Positions 28,260-38,767 are shown, counted from the first letter of the stretch. The stretch is 64,000 nucleotides of DNA from an uncultured Flavobacteriales bacterium (GCA_903825395.1 CAIKAF010000010.1:16700-80699); one strand, 5' to 3'. Notes: generated by a model from the sequence alone, not told the origin. A program made the numbers and translations.

Positions 28260-29729
28260 ATGACGATTGCTGAATTGACTTTGCCCCAAGCTCGACACCT
28301 GATTGCAGGCAAAACGCTGGAATTGAACGGGCCTGCGCTGGAAGTGATTAGCCCCATTGACGGACAGTTGCTGTCGATGGTGCCCATGGGCGGAATGAAT
28401 GAAGTAGATATGGCTGTGGAAGCCGCCAAAACGGCCTACACCGCTTGGTCGGCCAAAACCCTGAAAGAACGCGTTCAGATTTTCTTCCGCTACCGGCAGT
28501 TGCTGGAAACCCATATGGAAGAGCTGACCCGCCTGGTGCACATTGAAAACGGCAAAACCATGGATGAAGCACGGGCCGAAATTGAAAAAAGCATGGAACT
28601 CTGCGAATTCGCCGTTTCTATGCCTCAAATTATTGTGAATGAAGTGCAAGAGGTGAGCCGCGGCGTGGAAGCACGCATTGAGAAAAAACCGCTGGGCGTG
28701 GTGGCCTGCATCAGCCCCTTTAATTTTCCGAATATGGTTCCGCATTGGACGGTGCCCAACGCGATCGTTTTGGGGAACTGCGTGATTTTAAAGCCATCGG
28801 AAGTGGTGCCATTAAGCGCCATGCGCATGGCGGAACTGCTAACAGAAGCAGGCTTGCCCGATGGCGTGTTCCAAGTGGTGCACGGTGGCAAAGACGTGGT
28901 GGAAGCCCTCTGCGATCACCCCGGAATTCAAGCCGTTTCTTTTGTTGGCAGTACGGCTGTAGCCAAACTGGTATATATTCGGGCAACCTCAAACCTGAAG
29001 CGCTGCGTGGCCTTGGGTGGCGCCAAAAACCACCTTCTGGTCTTGCCCGACGCACACCTGGAAATGACGGCCAGCAATGTAGTGGCATCTATGAGCGGAT
29101 GCGCCGGACAGCGCTGCATGGCGGCTTCTGTAATGGTGGCCGTAGATCAGGTGCAGCACATCATTGACCGAATGGTTGATGAAGCCAAGGCCATCGTGCC
29201 CGGAAAAAACCTAGGATCGGTCATTAGTGCAGCCGCCAAAGAACGCATTGAACGATACATTACCGAAGCCGAGCAAGCCGGAGCAAAAATCTTGGTGGAT
29301 GGTCGCGGGGCTACCGTTCCCGGAAAAGAAGGCGGTTTTTATGTAGGCCCCACCATTATTGACTATGTAACGCCCGATATGGCCGTGGCCAAAGAAGAAA
29401 TTTTTGGTCCGGTGATTTCCATTGTCCGTACCAAAACCCTGGACGAAGCCCTAGAGGTGGAAAACAGCTCGAACTATGGAAATGCCGCCGCCGTATTCAC
29501 TCAAAGCGGTTCGATGGCGAAAGTGGTCATGGAGCGCGCCAGCGCCGGGATGATTGGGGTGAACATTGGGGTACCTGTTCCTCGCGAGCCGTTCTCCTTC
29601 GGGGGCTGGAACGACTCAAAATTCGGAATGGGGGATATTACCGGAAAATCGTCCATTGAATTTTGGACTCAAAACAAAAAAACCTCCACCAAATGGAATC
29701 CGGAGGCCCGCACCAATTGGATGAGCTAA
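28260..29729 (+). CDS. mmsA: CoA-acylating malonate/methylmalonate-semialdehyde dehydrogenase (aldehyde dehydrogenase family)
   Basis: ALDH motifs FNFPNMVP, VGSTAVAKLVY and the catalytic Cys region. ~490 aa as for MmsA. Start moved to MTIAELTL. Confidence 0.75.
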   Translation: MTIAELTLPQARHLIAGKTLELNGPALEVISPIDGQLLSMVPMGGMNEVDMAVEAAKTAYTAWSAKTLKERVQIFFRYRQLLETHMEELTRLVHIENGKTMDEARAEIEKSMELCEFAVSMPQIIVNEVQEVSRGVEARIEKKPLGVVACISPFNFPNMVPHWTVPNAIVLGNCVILKPSEVVPLSAMRMAELLTEAGLPDGVFQVVHGGKDVVEALCDHPGIQAVSFVGSTAVAKLVYIRATSNLKRCVALGGAKNHLLVLPDAHLEMTASNVVASMSGCAGQRCMAASVMVAVDQVQHIIDRMVDEAKAIVPGKNLGSVISAAAKERIERYITEAEQAGAKILVDGRGATVPGKEGGFYVGPTIIDYVTPDMAVAKEEIFGPVISIVRTKTLDEALEVENSSNYGNAAAVFTQSGSMAKVVMERASAGMIGVNIGVPVPREPFSFGGWNDSKFGMGDITGKSSIEFWTQNKKTSTKWNPEARTNWMS

Positions 29730-29749
29730 TTACAAAGAACGAAGAGAGT

Positions 29750-31081
29750 ATGATGTCAACGAGTGTAAAAGACAGTTTAGACTACACCTTATTTTCTTGG
29801 TCAAAGCAATCGGGGTTGAATCCGATTGAAATTGATCGTGCAGAAGGGGTGTATTTGTGGGATGCCCAAGGCAAGCGCATTATTGATTTTTCGTCGCAGC
29901 TGATGAATGTGAACATAGGGCACGGGAACCAGCGCGTTACTCAGGCAGTGGCCCGGCAAATGGAAAAAGTCAGTTATGTGTATCCCGGTATGATTACCGA
30001 GGTGCGTGCCCAACTGGGAAAGAAGATGGCCGAAATTACGCCGGGCGATTTAAGCAAGGCTTTTTTCACTTTAGGCGGCGCTGAGGCCATAGAAAACGCG
30101 ATTAAAATTGCCCGGATGTACACCGGCAAGCATAAAATTATTGCGCAATACCGCTCCTACCATGGGGCGACCTACGGGGCCGGTTCGGTAAGTGGAGATC
30201 CGCGCAGGCATCCTATGGACAGTCAGGCCATGCCCAGTGTTACCCACGTAGAAAATCCGTACTTCTATCGCTGCCCCTGGGGAACTCGGACGGCCGAAGA
30301 ATGTGGAGAAATGGCAGCACGCAACCTGGAACAGGTGATTTTGTACGAAAACCCCGGTAACATTGCCGCCATATTAATGGAGGGAGAAAGCGGTTCTTCA
30401 GGCTGCATAAAATACCCGGCAGGGTACTGGAAAAAAGTGCGGGCCATTGCCGACAAATACAATATTCTGCTCATTTGCGATGAAGTTATGAGCGGATTTG
30501 GTCGCACCGGAAAATGGTTTGGCATCGACCACCATGAAGTGGTTCCTGACATCATGTGCATGGCCAAAGGCATCACTTCCGGATATGTGCCCTTAGGTTG
30601 CACCATGGTGAATGCTGCTATTGCCGCCTATTTTGAAGACCGCCCGCTGGCGGCAGGACTCACCTATTCTGCTCATCCCGTGGCGTGTGCCGCGGCCATT
30701 GAGAACCTGAAGGTGATGGAGGAAGGAAATATGATTCAAAATGCGGCCGAAATGGGTAGGTATATGGAGCAGCGGGTGGCCGAACTGGCTCAGCAGCACC
30801 CCAGCATTGGAGATTTTAGAAATACCGGATTGCTGGGTTGCATTGAATTGGTGAAAAACCGAGAAACCAAAGAGCCGACTGTGCCCTGGAATGCGGCCCC
30901 GGCACATATGGAGCCAACCAACCGCATGGCTGCCAAGCTAAAGGAACTGGGTATGTTCACCTTTGTGCGTTGGAACTGGATTTTTGTAGCTCCTCCGCTC
31001 TGCATCACCAAAGACCAAATTGATGAAGGTCTAGATATTGTTCGCGAAGCCTTGCACATTGCCGACGAGTACTGCCATTAA
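29750..31081 (+). CDS. class-III (omega) aminotransferase, beta-alanine/omega-amino-acid:pyruvate type
   Basis: The DEVMSGFGRTGKWFG block (PLP Lys region) and GHGNQRV. ~443 aa. Start at MMSTSVKD. Confidence 0.8.
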   Translation: MMSTSVKDSLDYTLFSWSKQSGLNPIEIDRAEGVYLWDAQGKRIIDFSSQLMNVNIGHGNQRVTQAVARQMEKVSYVYPGMITEVRAQLGKKMAEITPGDLSKAFFTLGGAEAIENAIKIARMYTGKHKIIAQYRSYHGATYGAGSVSGDPRRHPMDSQAMPSVTHVENPYFYRCPWGTRTAEECGEMAARNLEQVILYENPGNIAAILMEGESGSSGCIKYPAGYWKKVRAIADKYNILLICDEVMSGFGRTGKWFGIDHHEVVPDIMCMAKGITSGYVPLGCTMVNAAIAAYFEDRPLAAGLTYSAHPVACAAAIENLKVMEEGNMIQNAAEMGRYMEQRVAELAQQHPSIGDFRNTGLLGCIELVKNRETKEPTVPWNAAPAHMEPTNRMAAKLKELGMFTFVRWNWIFVAPPLCITKDQIDEGLDIVREALHIADEYCH

Positions 31082-31086
31082 GATTC

Positions 31087-32823
31087 ATGGAACAGACCAA
31101 CAGCACCGAATCCTACAAGCACTCTTCGTTGTATAGCGAAGAGCTGGCTCCTGTGCCGGTTTCAGGACGCACTTGGAACCATTGGCATTTGGCCGCTTTG
31201 TGGGTAGGTATGGCGGTCTGCATTCCAACTTGGTTGTTGGCATCCTACATGCTGAAAGCCGGTTTAAATTGGATCGAGGCCTTACTTATTATTGGTTTAG
31301 CCAATGTGGTGATTACGGTCCCCATGGTGCTAAATGGCTATGCCGGCGTAAAGTACGGCTTGTCTTTTCCGGTGATTGGCAGGTCGGCTTTTGGAGTGCA
31401 TGGCATTCATATAGCATCGATGATGCGGGCATTGGTGGCTTGCGGGTGGTTTGGAGTTCAAACTTGGGTGGGAGGCCTAGCCATTGGAGCTATTCTTAGT
31501 TTGCTGCTGGGAGAACCCTATCAAGAGGGAACTACCATGTTGAATTTTGTCGGGTTTGGACTGTTCTGGCTGATTTCCATGTTTTTTGTGGTGAAAGGGT
31601 TTGAGGGAATTAAGTGGCTGGAAGAGTATTCGGCGCCGGTCCTCATTGCCGTTGGGATAGGCTTAATTGCTTGGGGCGTTTTGGTCGGCGGTGGGTTTGG
31701 CCAAGTGCTGAAACAAAGCGAACAGCTTCAAACCGGATCGGCACATCGGGAACTGCAGAACGGACAGGATATGGTATTTTTTCATCCGCTGACCAATTCG
31801 GCCGGGGAATGGAAAGCCGATGTGGTGAAGGTACGTGCCCTAGCCTCAGGAAACGACTCGGAAGTGTTTGAGCTGCCTAGGTCCTACGGTGAACGGCCCT
31901 TTTTCACTTCGGCCTTGGGTGCCGACCATTCTAAAGACACCTTGGCGGTTTGGTTTGAAACCCGCGATGCTCAGGGCAAGTTGCTTAGTGCATCCACGCC
32001 TCAACGTTTGAATCCGTCTCAGGCAGGGGCATCTGCCGGAATTGGCTGGTGGGATTATTTGTTGTGGTTTACCGCTATGGTGGGATTTTGGGCCACAATG
32101 GCCATCAGTATTTCAGACATTACCCGCTACGCCAAAAACCAACGGGCTCAGGTGTCAGGACAGTTTATTGGCTTGCCGGCCACCATGATGTTGTTTTCGT
32201 TTGTCGGCCTGTTTGTTACGAGCGCGGCCGCCATAGCCTTTGCAGATGTATTGACTCAGGAAGGCGCCCCTTGGGATCCCGCCAGTTTGCTATCGCATTT
32301 CAACCAACCTCTGGTGGTAATTGGAACCCAATTGGTGTTGTTGGTAGCCACGCTAAGCACCAATTTAGCGGCCAACGTCATTGCGCCGGCAACGGCCTTC
32401 TCGAACATGTGGCCCCAACGAATTTCGTTCCGAACCGGTGGCTTACTGACCGGCGTTATTGGAATTGCAATTTGTCCATGGTGGCTGTTGAACGAAATTT
32501 CCTCCATTTTACTTTTGGTTAGCGCCTTCCTAGGTCCGGTATTGGGCATTTTATTGGCCGATTATTTCTGGGTTCGGAAGCAGAAACTAGATGTAAATAG
32601 CTTGTTTTCTTTGTCGGGCATCTATCAATACAATTCGTTTGGTATAAATCCGAAAGCCATTCTGGCCCTGTTGCTGGGAATTGGAATGGCCTTGATCGGA
32701 GTTTGGGTAGAAGCCCTAGCCTTTTTATATCAAATTGCCTGGTTCACCGGATTCATTGTTGCCTTTTTGGTGTATGGATTAGGAATGAAACAGAACTTAA
32801 CATCAACCCCATCTGAGCCATGA
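31087..32823 (+). CDS. NCS1-family nucleobase:cation symporter (uracil/thymine/hydantoin/allantoin-type permease) with ~100-aa extra loop
   Basis: 12 hydrophobic helices. N-terminal SEELAPVP.SGRTW..WHLAALWVG is typical of NCS1. A hydrophilic insert lies at about aa 200-300. Confidence 0.7.
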   Translation: MEQTNSTESYKHSSLYSEELAPVPVSGRTWNHWHLAALWVGMAVCIPTWLLASYMLKAGLNWIEALLIIGLANVVITVPMVLNGYAGVKYGLSFPVIGRSAFGVHGIHIASMMRALVACGWFGVQTWVGGLAIGAILSLLLGEPYQEGTTMLNFVGFGLFWLISMFFVVKGFEGIKWLEEYSAPVLIAVGIGLIAWGVLVGGGFGQVLKQSEQLQTGSAHRELQNGQDMVFFHPLTNSAGEWKADVVKVRALASGNDSEVFELPRSYGERPFFTSALGADHSKDTLAVWFETRDAQGKLLSASTPQRLNPSQAGASAGIGWWDYLLWFTAMVGFWATMAISISDITRYAKNQRAQVSGQFIGLPATMMLFSFVGLFVTSAAAIAFADVLTQEGAPWDPASLLSHFNQPLVVIGTQLVLLVATLSTNLAANVIAPATAFSNMWPQRISFRTGGLLTGVIGIAICPWWLLNEISSILLLVSAFLGPVLGILLADYFWVRKQKLDVNSLFSLSGIYQYNSFGINPKAILALLLGIGMALIGVWVEALAFLYQIAWFTGFIVAFLVYGLGMKQNLTSTPSEP

Positions 32824-34205
32824 AAACCTTGATTCAAAATGGAACGCTGGTAACCGCAGAAGCGACATTTGCCGCCGATTTATTGGTAGAAAACGACAAA
32901 ATTGCAGGGATTGGGCATGCCTTACCTACCCAGGGCGTAGATCGGGTGATTGATGCCTCTGGCAAATTGGTGATTCCCGGCGGAATTGACCCCCATGTGC
33001 ATTTGGATATGCCATTTATGGGAACCTATTCCAGCGACGATTATACCACCGGAACTCGTGCAGCCCTGTTTGGCGGTACCACCATGGTGATTGATTTTAT
33101 TCTTCAAACCCAGGGCGATACCTTATACAATGCGCTTCGCACCTGGCAGAAAAAATCGGAAGGAAAAGCAGTGGGCGATTACTCCTACCACATGGCCGTT
33201 ACCGATTTCAATCCCGACGTCGCCAAAGAGGTGGTAGCCATGATTGAAAAAGAAGGCATTAGCTCCTTCAAAACGTTTATGGCCTATAAAGGCGCCCTGA
33301 TGATTGACGACGGGCAGATGATGAACCTGATGCGTGTGGTGCGTGACCACGGGGGCTTGGTTACCGTGCATGCCACCAATGGCGACATGATTGATGCCCT
33401 GATTGCCCGGCATAAGCGGGAAGGGAAGTTAAGCCCCTTATATCACTATTTGTCTCAGCCGGAAATTACGGAAGCCGAAGCTTCTGGTCGTTTTGCCGAC
33501 CTGCTTTATTACACCGGCTGCCCAGGATATATTGTCCACATGACCTGCGAAGGTGCTTTAAATGCCGTTCGGCGAGCCACTTTACGCAACCAGCGGGTGT
33601 TGGTTGAAACCTGCACCCAATATTTGGTCTTGGACGCCTCCCTGTACGAAAAAGGGTTCGAAGCCGCCAAGTGGGTCATGAGCCCGCCCTTGCGCCAACC
33701 CAAAGACCAAGAAGCCTTATGGGCCGGATTAAATCAAGGCTTGGTTCAGGTGGTTGGTACCGACCACTGTCCCTTTATGTGGGAGCAAAAGAAAATGGGA
33801 GAAACCGATTTTAGCAAAATCCCGAACGGGCATCCGGCCATAGAACACCGGGTAGAGCTTTTGTTTTCAGAGGGAGTAGCTAAAAACCGCATTACCCTGA
33901 ACAAATTTGTAGAAGCCAGTTCAACCCGAGCGGCCCAAATTTTTGGGATGCACCCCAGAAAAGGAACCTTGTCGGTGGGTGCCGATGCCGATATCGTCAT
34001 TTTTAATCCCGAAATCAAGCATAAAATTTCGGCGGCCACCCACCACATGCGCTGCGACTATTCCGCCTACGAAGGCATGGAATTGACCGGCAAAACCGAA
34101 ACCGTTTTATTGCGCGGAGAATTGGCTATTCACAACAACGAATGCCTGATTCAGCCCGGTTACGGCCAATTTATTCACCGAGGAAAAACACAACATTTAG
34201 GATAA
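32820..34205 (+). CDS. dihydropyrimidinase / D-hydantoinase (cyclic amidohydrolase)
   Basis: GGIDPHVHLDMPFMGT metal-binding motif. 461 aa. Strong match to the dihydropyrimidinase family. Confidence 0.8.
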   Translation: MKTLIQNGTLVTAEATFAADLLVENDKIAGIGHALPTQGVDRVIDASGKLVIPGGIDPHVHLDMPFMGTYSSDDYTTGTRAALFGGTTMVIDFILQTQGDTLYNALRTWQKKSEGKAVGDYSYHMAVTDFNPDVAKEVVAMIEKEGISSFKTFMAYKGALMIDDGQMMNLMRVVRDHGGLVTVHATNGDMIDALIARHKREGKLSPLYHYLSQPEITEAEASGRFADLLYYTGCPGYIVHMTCEGALNAVRRATLRNQRVLVETCTQYLVLDASLYEKGFEAAKWVMSPPLRQPKDQEALWAGLNQGLVQVVGTDHCPFMWEQKKMGETDFSKIPNGHPAIEHRVELLFSEGVAKNRITLNKFVEASSTRAAQIFGMHPRKGTLSVGADADIVIFNPEIKHKISAATHHMRCDYSAYEGMELTGKTETVLLRGELAIHNNECLIQPGYGQFIHRGKTQHLG

Positions 34206-34224
34206 ACGACAAACAAACACCACT

Positions 34225-35091
34225 ATGCCAAGAAACGTAAAAAGCGGACTTATTCAGTTGTCCCTGCCCATGACCGAAGGCGAAGGCAGCATTCAAGACA
34301 TTTGCGAAGCCATGTACCAAAAACATGTGCCCTATATTGAAGAAGCAGGCAGAAAAGGAGTACAGATTCTGTGCTTCCAAGAGATTTTTAACACGCCCTA
34401 CTTTTGTCCGGGCCAAGACAAACAATGGTACAACTCGGCCGAGCCTGTACCTGGCCCTACCGTAGCCCGCTTGCAAGAGTACGCCAAGAAATACCAAATG
34501 GTGATTATTGCTCCTTTGTATGAGATGGAGATGCCCGGCGTATATTACAACACCGCGGCGGTAATTGATGCCGACGGCACCTACTTGGGCAAATACCGTA
34601 AAAACCACATTCCACACACTTCCGGCTTTTGGGAAAAATTCTTTTTTAAGCCAGGGAACCTAGGATATCCGGTGTTTCAAACCAAGTATGCCAAAGTGGG
34701 CGTGTACATTTGCTACGATCGGCACTTCCCTGACGGAGCACGGATTTTAGGACTGAACGGCGCCGAAATTGTGTACAACCCCAGCGCTACAGTTGCCGGT
34801 CTTTCTCAGTACCTATGGAAATTGGAACAACCTGCACATGCGGCTGCCAATGGATATTTCATGGGCTGCATCAACCGAGTAGGAACCGAAAAACCCTGGA
34901 ATCTGGGCAAGTTTTACGGTAGCTCGTACTTTGTAGATCCCCGCGGACAAATTTTTGCCCAAGCCTCGGAAGACAACGATGAATTGCTGGTGGCTGATTT
35001 TGACTTAGATATGATTGATGAGGTGCGCTCTACCTGGCAGTTCTTCCGCGATCGTCGCCCCGAAACCTATGGCAAACTAACTGAACTTTAA
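34225..35091 (+). CDS. nitrilase-superfamily CN hydrolase, beta-ureidopropionase / N-carbamoyl-amino-acid amidohydrolase-like
   Basis: Glu (FQEIFNTPYF), Lys (YRKNHIP) and Cys (VGVYICYDRHFPD) catalytic-triad blocks. Confidence 0.7.
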   Translation: MPRNVKSGLIQLSLPMTEGEGSIQDICEAMYQKHVPYIEEAGRKGVQILCFQEIFNTPYFCPGQDKQWYNSAEPVPGPTVARLQEYAKKYQMVIIAPLYEMEMPGVYYNTAAVIDADGTYLGKYRKNHIPHTSGFWEKFFFKPGNLGYPVFQTKYAKVGVYICYDRHFPDGARILGLNGAEIVYNPSATVAGLSQYLWKLEQPAHAAANGYFMGCINRVGTEKPWNLGKFYGSSYFVDPRGQIFAQASEDNDELLVADFDLDMIDEVRSTWQFFRDRRPETYGKLTEL

Positions 35092-35096
35092 GGCAG

Positions 35097-36398
35097 ATGG
35101 CTGAATACAAACGACCCGAAACGCCCCAGGAGTATCAGCGGAATTTTCCGCCGAAAAAACCCCTGATGAACACCTCCGAGGCTTATTATGAGAGTGCCCG
35201 ATGCCTATATTGCTACGATGCTCCATGCATGACCGCTTGCCCCACCCACATTGATATTCCTCTGTTTATTAAGCAAATAAATACCGGAAACGTCAAAGGG
35301 GCGGCGGCTACCATTTACGATTCAAATTGGTTGGGGAATGCCTGTGGAAAGGTATGTCCGACAGAACAATTGTGCGAAGGCAGCTGTGTGTACACAGAAC
35401 AAGACATGAAGCCGTTGCAGATTGGTCGGCTTCAGAATTTCGCCACCGAAGCGGTGATGCAAGCAAAAACGCCGTTGTTCAAGCCCGGTCCGGACAATGG
35501 ACGCCGGGTGGCCATCGTGGGCGCCGGCCCCGCCGGAATTGCCTGCGCTTGCGAATTGAGGGTATTGGGCTACAGCGTCGAGATTTTCGAAGCTAAAGCC
35601 CTGCCAACCGGCCTTACCGTGTATGGAACTGCTCCCTACAAAATTACCAATGAAGAGGCCCTCAGGGAAAACGAATACCTACAACAACAGCTGGGCTATA
35701 CCGTACATTACAATCAGCCCATTCAAAATGCCGCTCAATTTGCCGAATTGGAAAAACAGTTTGATGCCGTTTTTCTGGGACTAGGCCTAGGAGCTACAGC
35801 TCAACTCAACATTCCCGGCGAAGAACTGCCCGGTGTGGTTGGTGCCGTTGAATTTGTTGAAGAACTGCGCATGAAACAGCATGCATTTCAGGTTCCGGAA
35901 CGGGTTGTGGTGATTGGCGGTGGAAATACCGCTGTGGATGCCGCCAGTGAATCTGCCCGCATGGGAGCCCAGTCGGTGCATTTGGTGTACCGCCGAACCA
36001 AGGCCGATATGGGAGCCTATGATTTTGAATATGCTACGGCCTTAGCTGCCGGCGTGCAAGGCGTGTTCGAGGCTAGTCCCCTGCGCATTGAAGGCGAAAA
36101 TAAAGCCTCAGGCGTAACGTTTTCCCGCCCCGACGGATCGGAATTTCATTTGCCTGCCGACCTCGTGATTAAGGGAACCGGACAGGCCAAGCAAGGCGCC
36201 CTTTTGGCGCATTTACCCAACATAAGTACCGACGCAAAGGGCCGCGTTGTGGTTGACGCTGCATATCAAACTTCTCGTCCCGGATATTTCGCTGCCGGCG
36301 ACATGGTGAACGGCGGAGCTGAAGTGGTGAATGCCGCTTACGAAGGTAAGCTGGCCGCCCAGGGTATACATCAGTGGATTCAAAATAAAAACGCATGA
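35097..36398 (+). CDS. preT: NAD-dependent dihydropyrimidine dehydrogenase subunit PreT (GltD-like; 4Fe-4S + FAD/NAD)
   Basis: Cys clusters CLYCYDAPCMTACP...CGKVCP...CEGSC. Dinucleotide folds VAIVGAGPAGIACA and VVVIGGGNTAVD. Confidence 0.75.
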   Translation: MAEYKRPETPQEYQRNFPPKKPLMNTSEAYYESARCLYCYDAPCMTACPTHIDIPLFIKQINTGNVKGAAATIYDSNWLGNACGKVCPTEQLCEGSCVYTEQDMKPLQIGRLQNFATEAVMQAKTPLFKPGPDNGRRVAIVGAGPAGIACACELRVLGYSVEIFEAKALPTGLTVYGTAPYKITNEEALRENEYLQQQLGYTVHYNQPIQNAAQFAELEKQFDAVFLGLGLGATAQLNIPGEELPGVVGAVEFVEELRMKQHAFQVPERVVVIGGGNTAVDAASESARMGAQSVHLVYRRTKADMGAYDFEYATALAAGVQGVFEASPLRIEGENKASGVTFSRPDGSEFHLPADLVIKGTGQAKQGALLAHLPNISTDAKGRVVVDAAYQTSRPGYFAAGDMVNGGAEVVNAAYEGKLAAQGIHQWIQNKNA

Positions 36399-37753
36399 GC
36401 AACATCGATCTTTCCATAAATTTTGCCGGAATTAAAGCCCCAAATCCTTTTTGGTTGGCCTCGGCGCCGCCCACCAATACCGGATATCAAATCATGAAAG
36501 CCTTTGAGGCCGGATGGGGTGGTGCCGTTTGGAAAACCTTGGGCGTTCCTGTTCAAAACGTGTCTAGCCGTTACGGCTCCATCAATTACCGCGATACGCG
36601 CATGGCCGGGCTCAATAACATCGAGCTAATTACCGACCGACCCCTGGCCGACAACCTGCGCGAAATTGAGGAAGTCAAAAAATACTTCCCCAATCATGCT
36701 GTGATTGCTTCGTTAATGGTTGAATCCAAAAAAGAGTGGTTTCAAATTGTAAAGGATGTTGAGAATGCCGGGGCCGATGGTATAGAATTGAATTTCGGCT
36801 GCCCACATGGCATGTGCGAACGCGGCATGGGATCGGCCGTAGGCCAAGAACCCGAAGTCTTGAACACCATTGTTCAATGGGTAATGGAAGCGGCAACGGT
36901 TCCGGTCATCACAAAATTGACTCCCAATATTTCCGACATCACTGACCCGGCTTTGGCGGCGGTACGCGGCGGCACCAGCGCCCTGTCGCTCATCAATACA
37001 ATCAAAAGCATCGTTGGAATTGATTTAGACACCTATGCGCCCTATCCTGTAGTGGACGGCAAAGGCACCAATGGCGGATATTGTGGTCCGGCGGTAAAGC
37101 CAATCGCCTTGCACATGCTCAAAGAACTGGCCGGACATCCTGAAATCAGAAATACGCCCATCAGCGGCATTGGGGGCATTGAAACCTGGCGCGATGTGGT
37201 GGAATTTATCTTGCTCGGCGCTACTTCGGTGCAAGTATGCACCGCGGTGATGCACTATGGGTTTGGTATTGTGCGCGAAATGGAAGCTGGTTTGCGCCAG
37301 TTTATGAGCGACAAAGGCTACAGCACCATCTACGATTTTGCCGGGAAGGCTGTGCCAAACGTGGTGGAATGGAAAAACCTAAACTTGCATTACAAGGTGG
37401 TGGCCAGCATCAATGCCGACAAATGCATTGGCTGTCAGCTCTGTCACATTGCATGCGATGACGGTGCTCACCAGGCCATTGCTCTGCCCACCAATGGCAG
37501 TCGTGTGCCTGAAATCATCGACGAAAACTGCGTCGGCTGCAATTTGTGTTCACTGGTTTGCCCTGTCGAAGAGTGCATTACCATGGAACGCCGCGACGAC
37601 GGCAGCCAAACAGAAAGCTGGGCCGAGCGCACCATGGCCGGCAAAGTTCCGGAGCATTTCAATGACCCTAGGGGTGGCGGAGTGGGCCATTTTGTTCCAG
37701 AGCCTTCGGCAGCGCTGCAATACAAGCGTAAAGATCGTTCTGGTCGGAAGTGA
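36395..37753 (+). CDS. preA: dihydropyrimidine dehydrogenase subunit PreA (DHOD-like TIM barrel + C-terminal 2x[4Fe-4S] ferredoxin)
   Basis: ELNFGCPHGM active-site block. Ferredoxin motifs CIGCQLCHIACDD and CVGCNLCSLVCP. Overlaps preT by 4 nt. Confidence 0.8.
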   Translation: MSNIDLSINFAGIKAPNPFWLASAPPTNTGYQIMKAFEAGWGGAVWKTLGVPVQNVSSRYGSINYRDTRMAGLNNIELITDRPLADNLREIEEVKKYFPNHAVIASLMVESKKEWFQIVKDVENAGADGIELNFGCPHGMCERGMGSAVGQEPEVLNTIVQWVMEAATVPVITKLTPNISDITDPALAAVRGGTSALSLINTIKSIVGIDLDTYAPYPVVDGKGTNGGYCGPAVKPIALHMLKELAGHPEIRNTPISGIGGIETWRDVVEFILLGATSVQVCTAVMHYGFGIVREMEAGLRQFMSDKGYSTIYDFAGKAVPNVVEWKNLNLHYKVVASINADKCIGCQLCHIACDDGAHQAIALPTNGSRVPEIIDENCVGCNLCSLVCPVEECITMERRDDGSQTESWAERTMAGKVPEHFNDPRGGGVGHFVPEPSAALQYKRKDRSGRK

Positions 37754-37782
37754 TTTTTGAGTGTGGTTAAGGCTTGACTGCC

Positions 37783-37920
37783 TTTTTTTACCACCAAGGC
37801 CGCCAAGGGAGCCGCAATGTTCCCAAAGGAGCCTCCAAACTCTTGCACACCCTCGCTGTAACTACATTCCCTCTGTGCCCTTTGCGCCGACATTGAGTCC
37901 TTTGTGGTAAAAAACAGGTT
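37783..37920 (+). repeat. dispersed repeat family 1
   Basis: tttttaccaccaaggccgccaagggagccgcaatgttcccaaaggagcc...ctctgtgccctttgcgccgacattgagtcctttgtggtaaaaaacagg. Lies between convergent preA and the PNP gene. Confidence 0.7.
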
Positions 37921-37939
37921 CCGGCTTCAATGCCACTGT

Positions 37940-38767
37940 TTATTTCGCTTCTTGTGCCAAGCGCAAGCCACCCAAAATGATTTCCGACATGGTTTTTCCG
38001 GCGGTTTCGGCCGCATTTAAAACGTCTTGCAATACTACCTTGCGTATTCGGCCCGGCACTCCCAAATCGGTGATGGCAGAAAAACCGGAACACCCTATTC
38101 CCATGTGCCGAGCAGCCAACACTTCGGGTACTGTAGACATGCCCACGGCGTCTGCGCCAATGGTTCGTATCCATCGGTATTCTGCCGGTGTTTCCAGAGC
38201 TGGGCCCTTCAGGGCAGCATACACTCCCTCATGCATTTTTGTGTTTAAGTGTTGGGCCGCCTGTCTGAAATATCCGGCCCAAGTAGCATCATAGGAATCG
38301 TGCATGTCTGGAAACCTGGGGCCCAATTGCTCAATATTGGGTCCCGACAAGGGGGAGTCTCCCAGCAAATTCAAATGGTCGGTAATCATCATCACTTCGC
38401 CCACTTCCATATCTGGATTCACTCCGCCTGCGGCGTTGGTCACCACCAAATGGGTTATCCCCAACATTCCCATCACCCGAATTGGGAATACCACCTGAGC
38501 CAACGAATAGCCTTCATAGTAATGAAAGCGCCCTTTCATTCCCAACACCTTAAACCCTTGGATTGTTCCCGCATGCAATTCGCCGGCATGGCTTTGAACT
38601 GTACTTGTTGGAAAATGGGGTATTGCAGAATAGGGAATTCGTTGGGCGTCTTTCATTTCTTTCATCAGTTGGCCCAAACCGGTTCCTAGAACCAAGCCAA
38701 TTTCGGGCTGAAATCCTTGCAATTCCTTCTTAAGAAAGTTTGCGGCTTCGTTCAATTCTGTCCACAT
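37940..38767 (-). CDS. purine nucleoside phosphorylase (PNP/MTAP family)
   Basis: 275 aa. The GTGLGQL, HFPTSTVQSHAGEL and AVGMSTVPEV blocks are typical of PNP-I. Confidence 0.75.
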   Translation of the reverse strand: MWTELNEAANFLKKELQGFQPEIGLVLGTGLGQLMKEMKDAQRIPYSAIPHFPTSTVQSHAGELHAGTIQGFKVLGMKGRFHYYEGYSLAQVVFPIRVMGMLGITHLVVTNAAGGVNPDMEVGEVMMITDHLNLLGDSPLSGPNIEQLGPRFPDMHDSYDATWAGYFRQAAQHLNTKMHEGVYAALKGPALETPAEYRWIRTIGADAVGMSTVPEVLAARHMGIGCSGFSAITDLGVPGRIRKVVLQDVLNAAETAGKTMSEIILGGLRLAQEAK

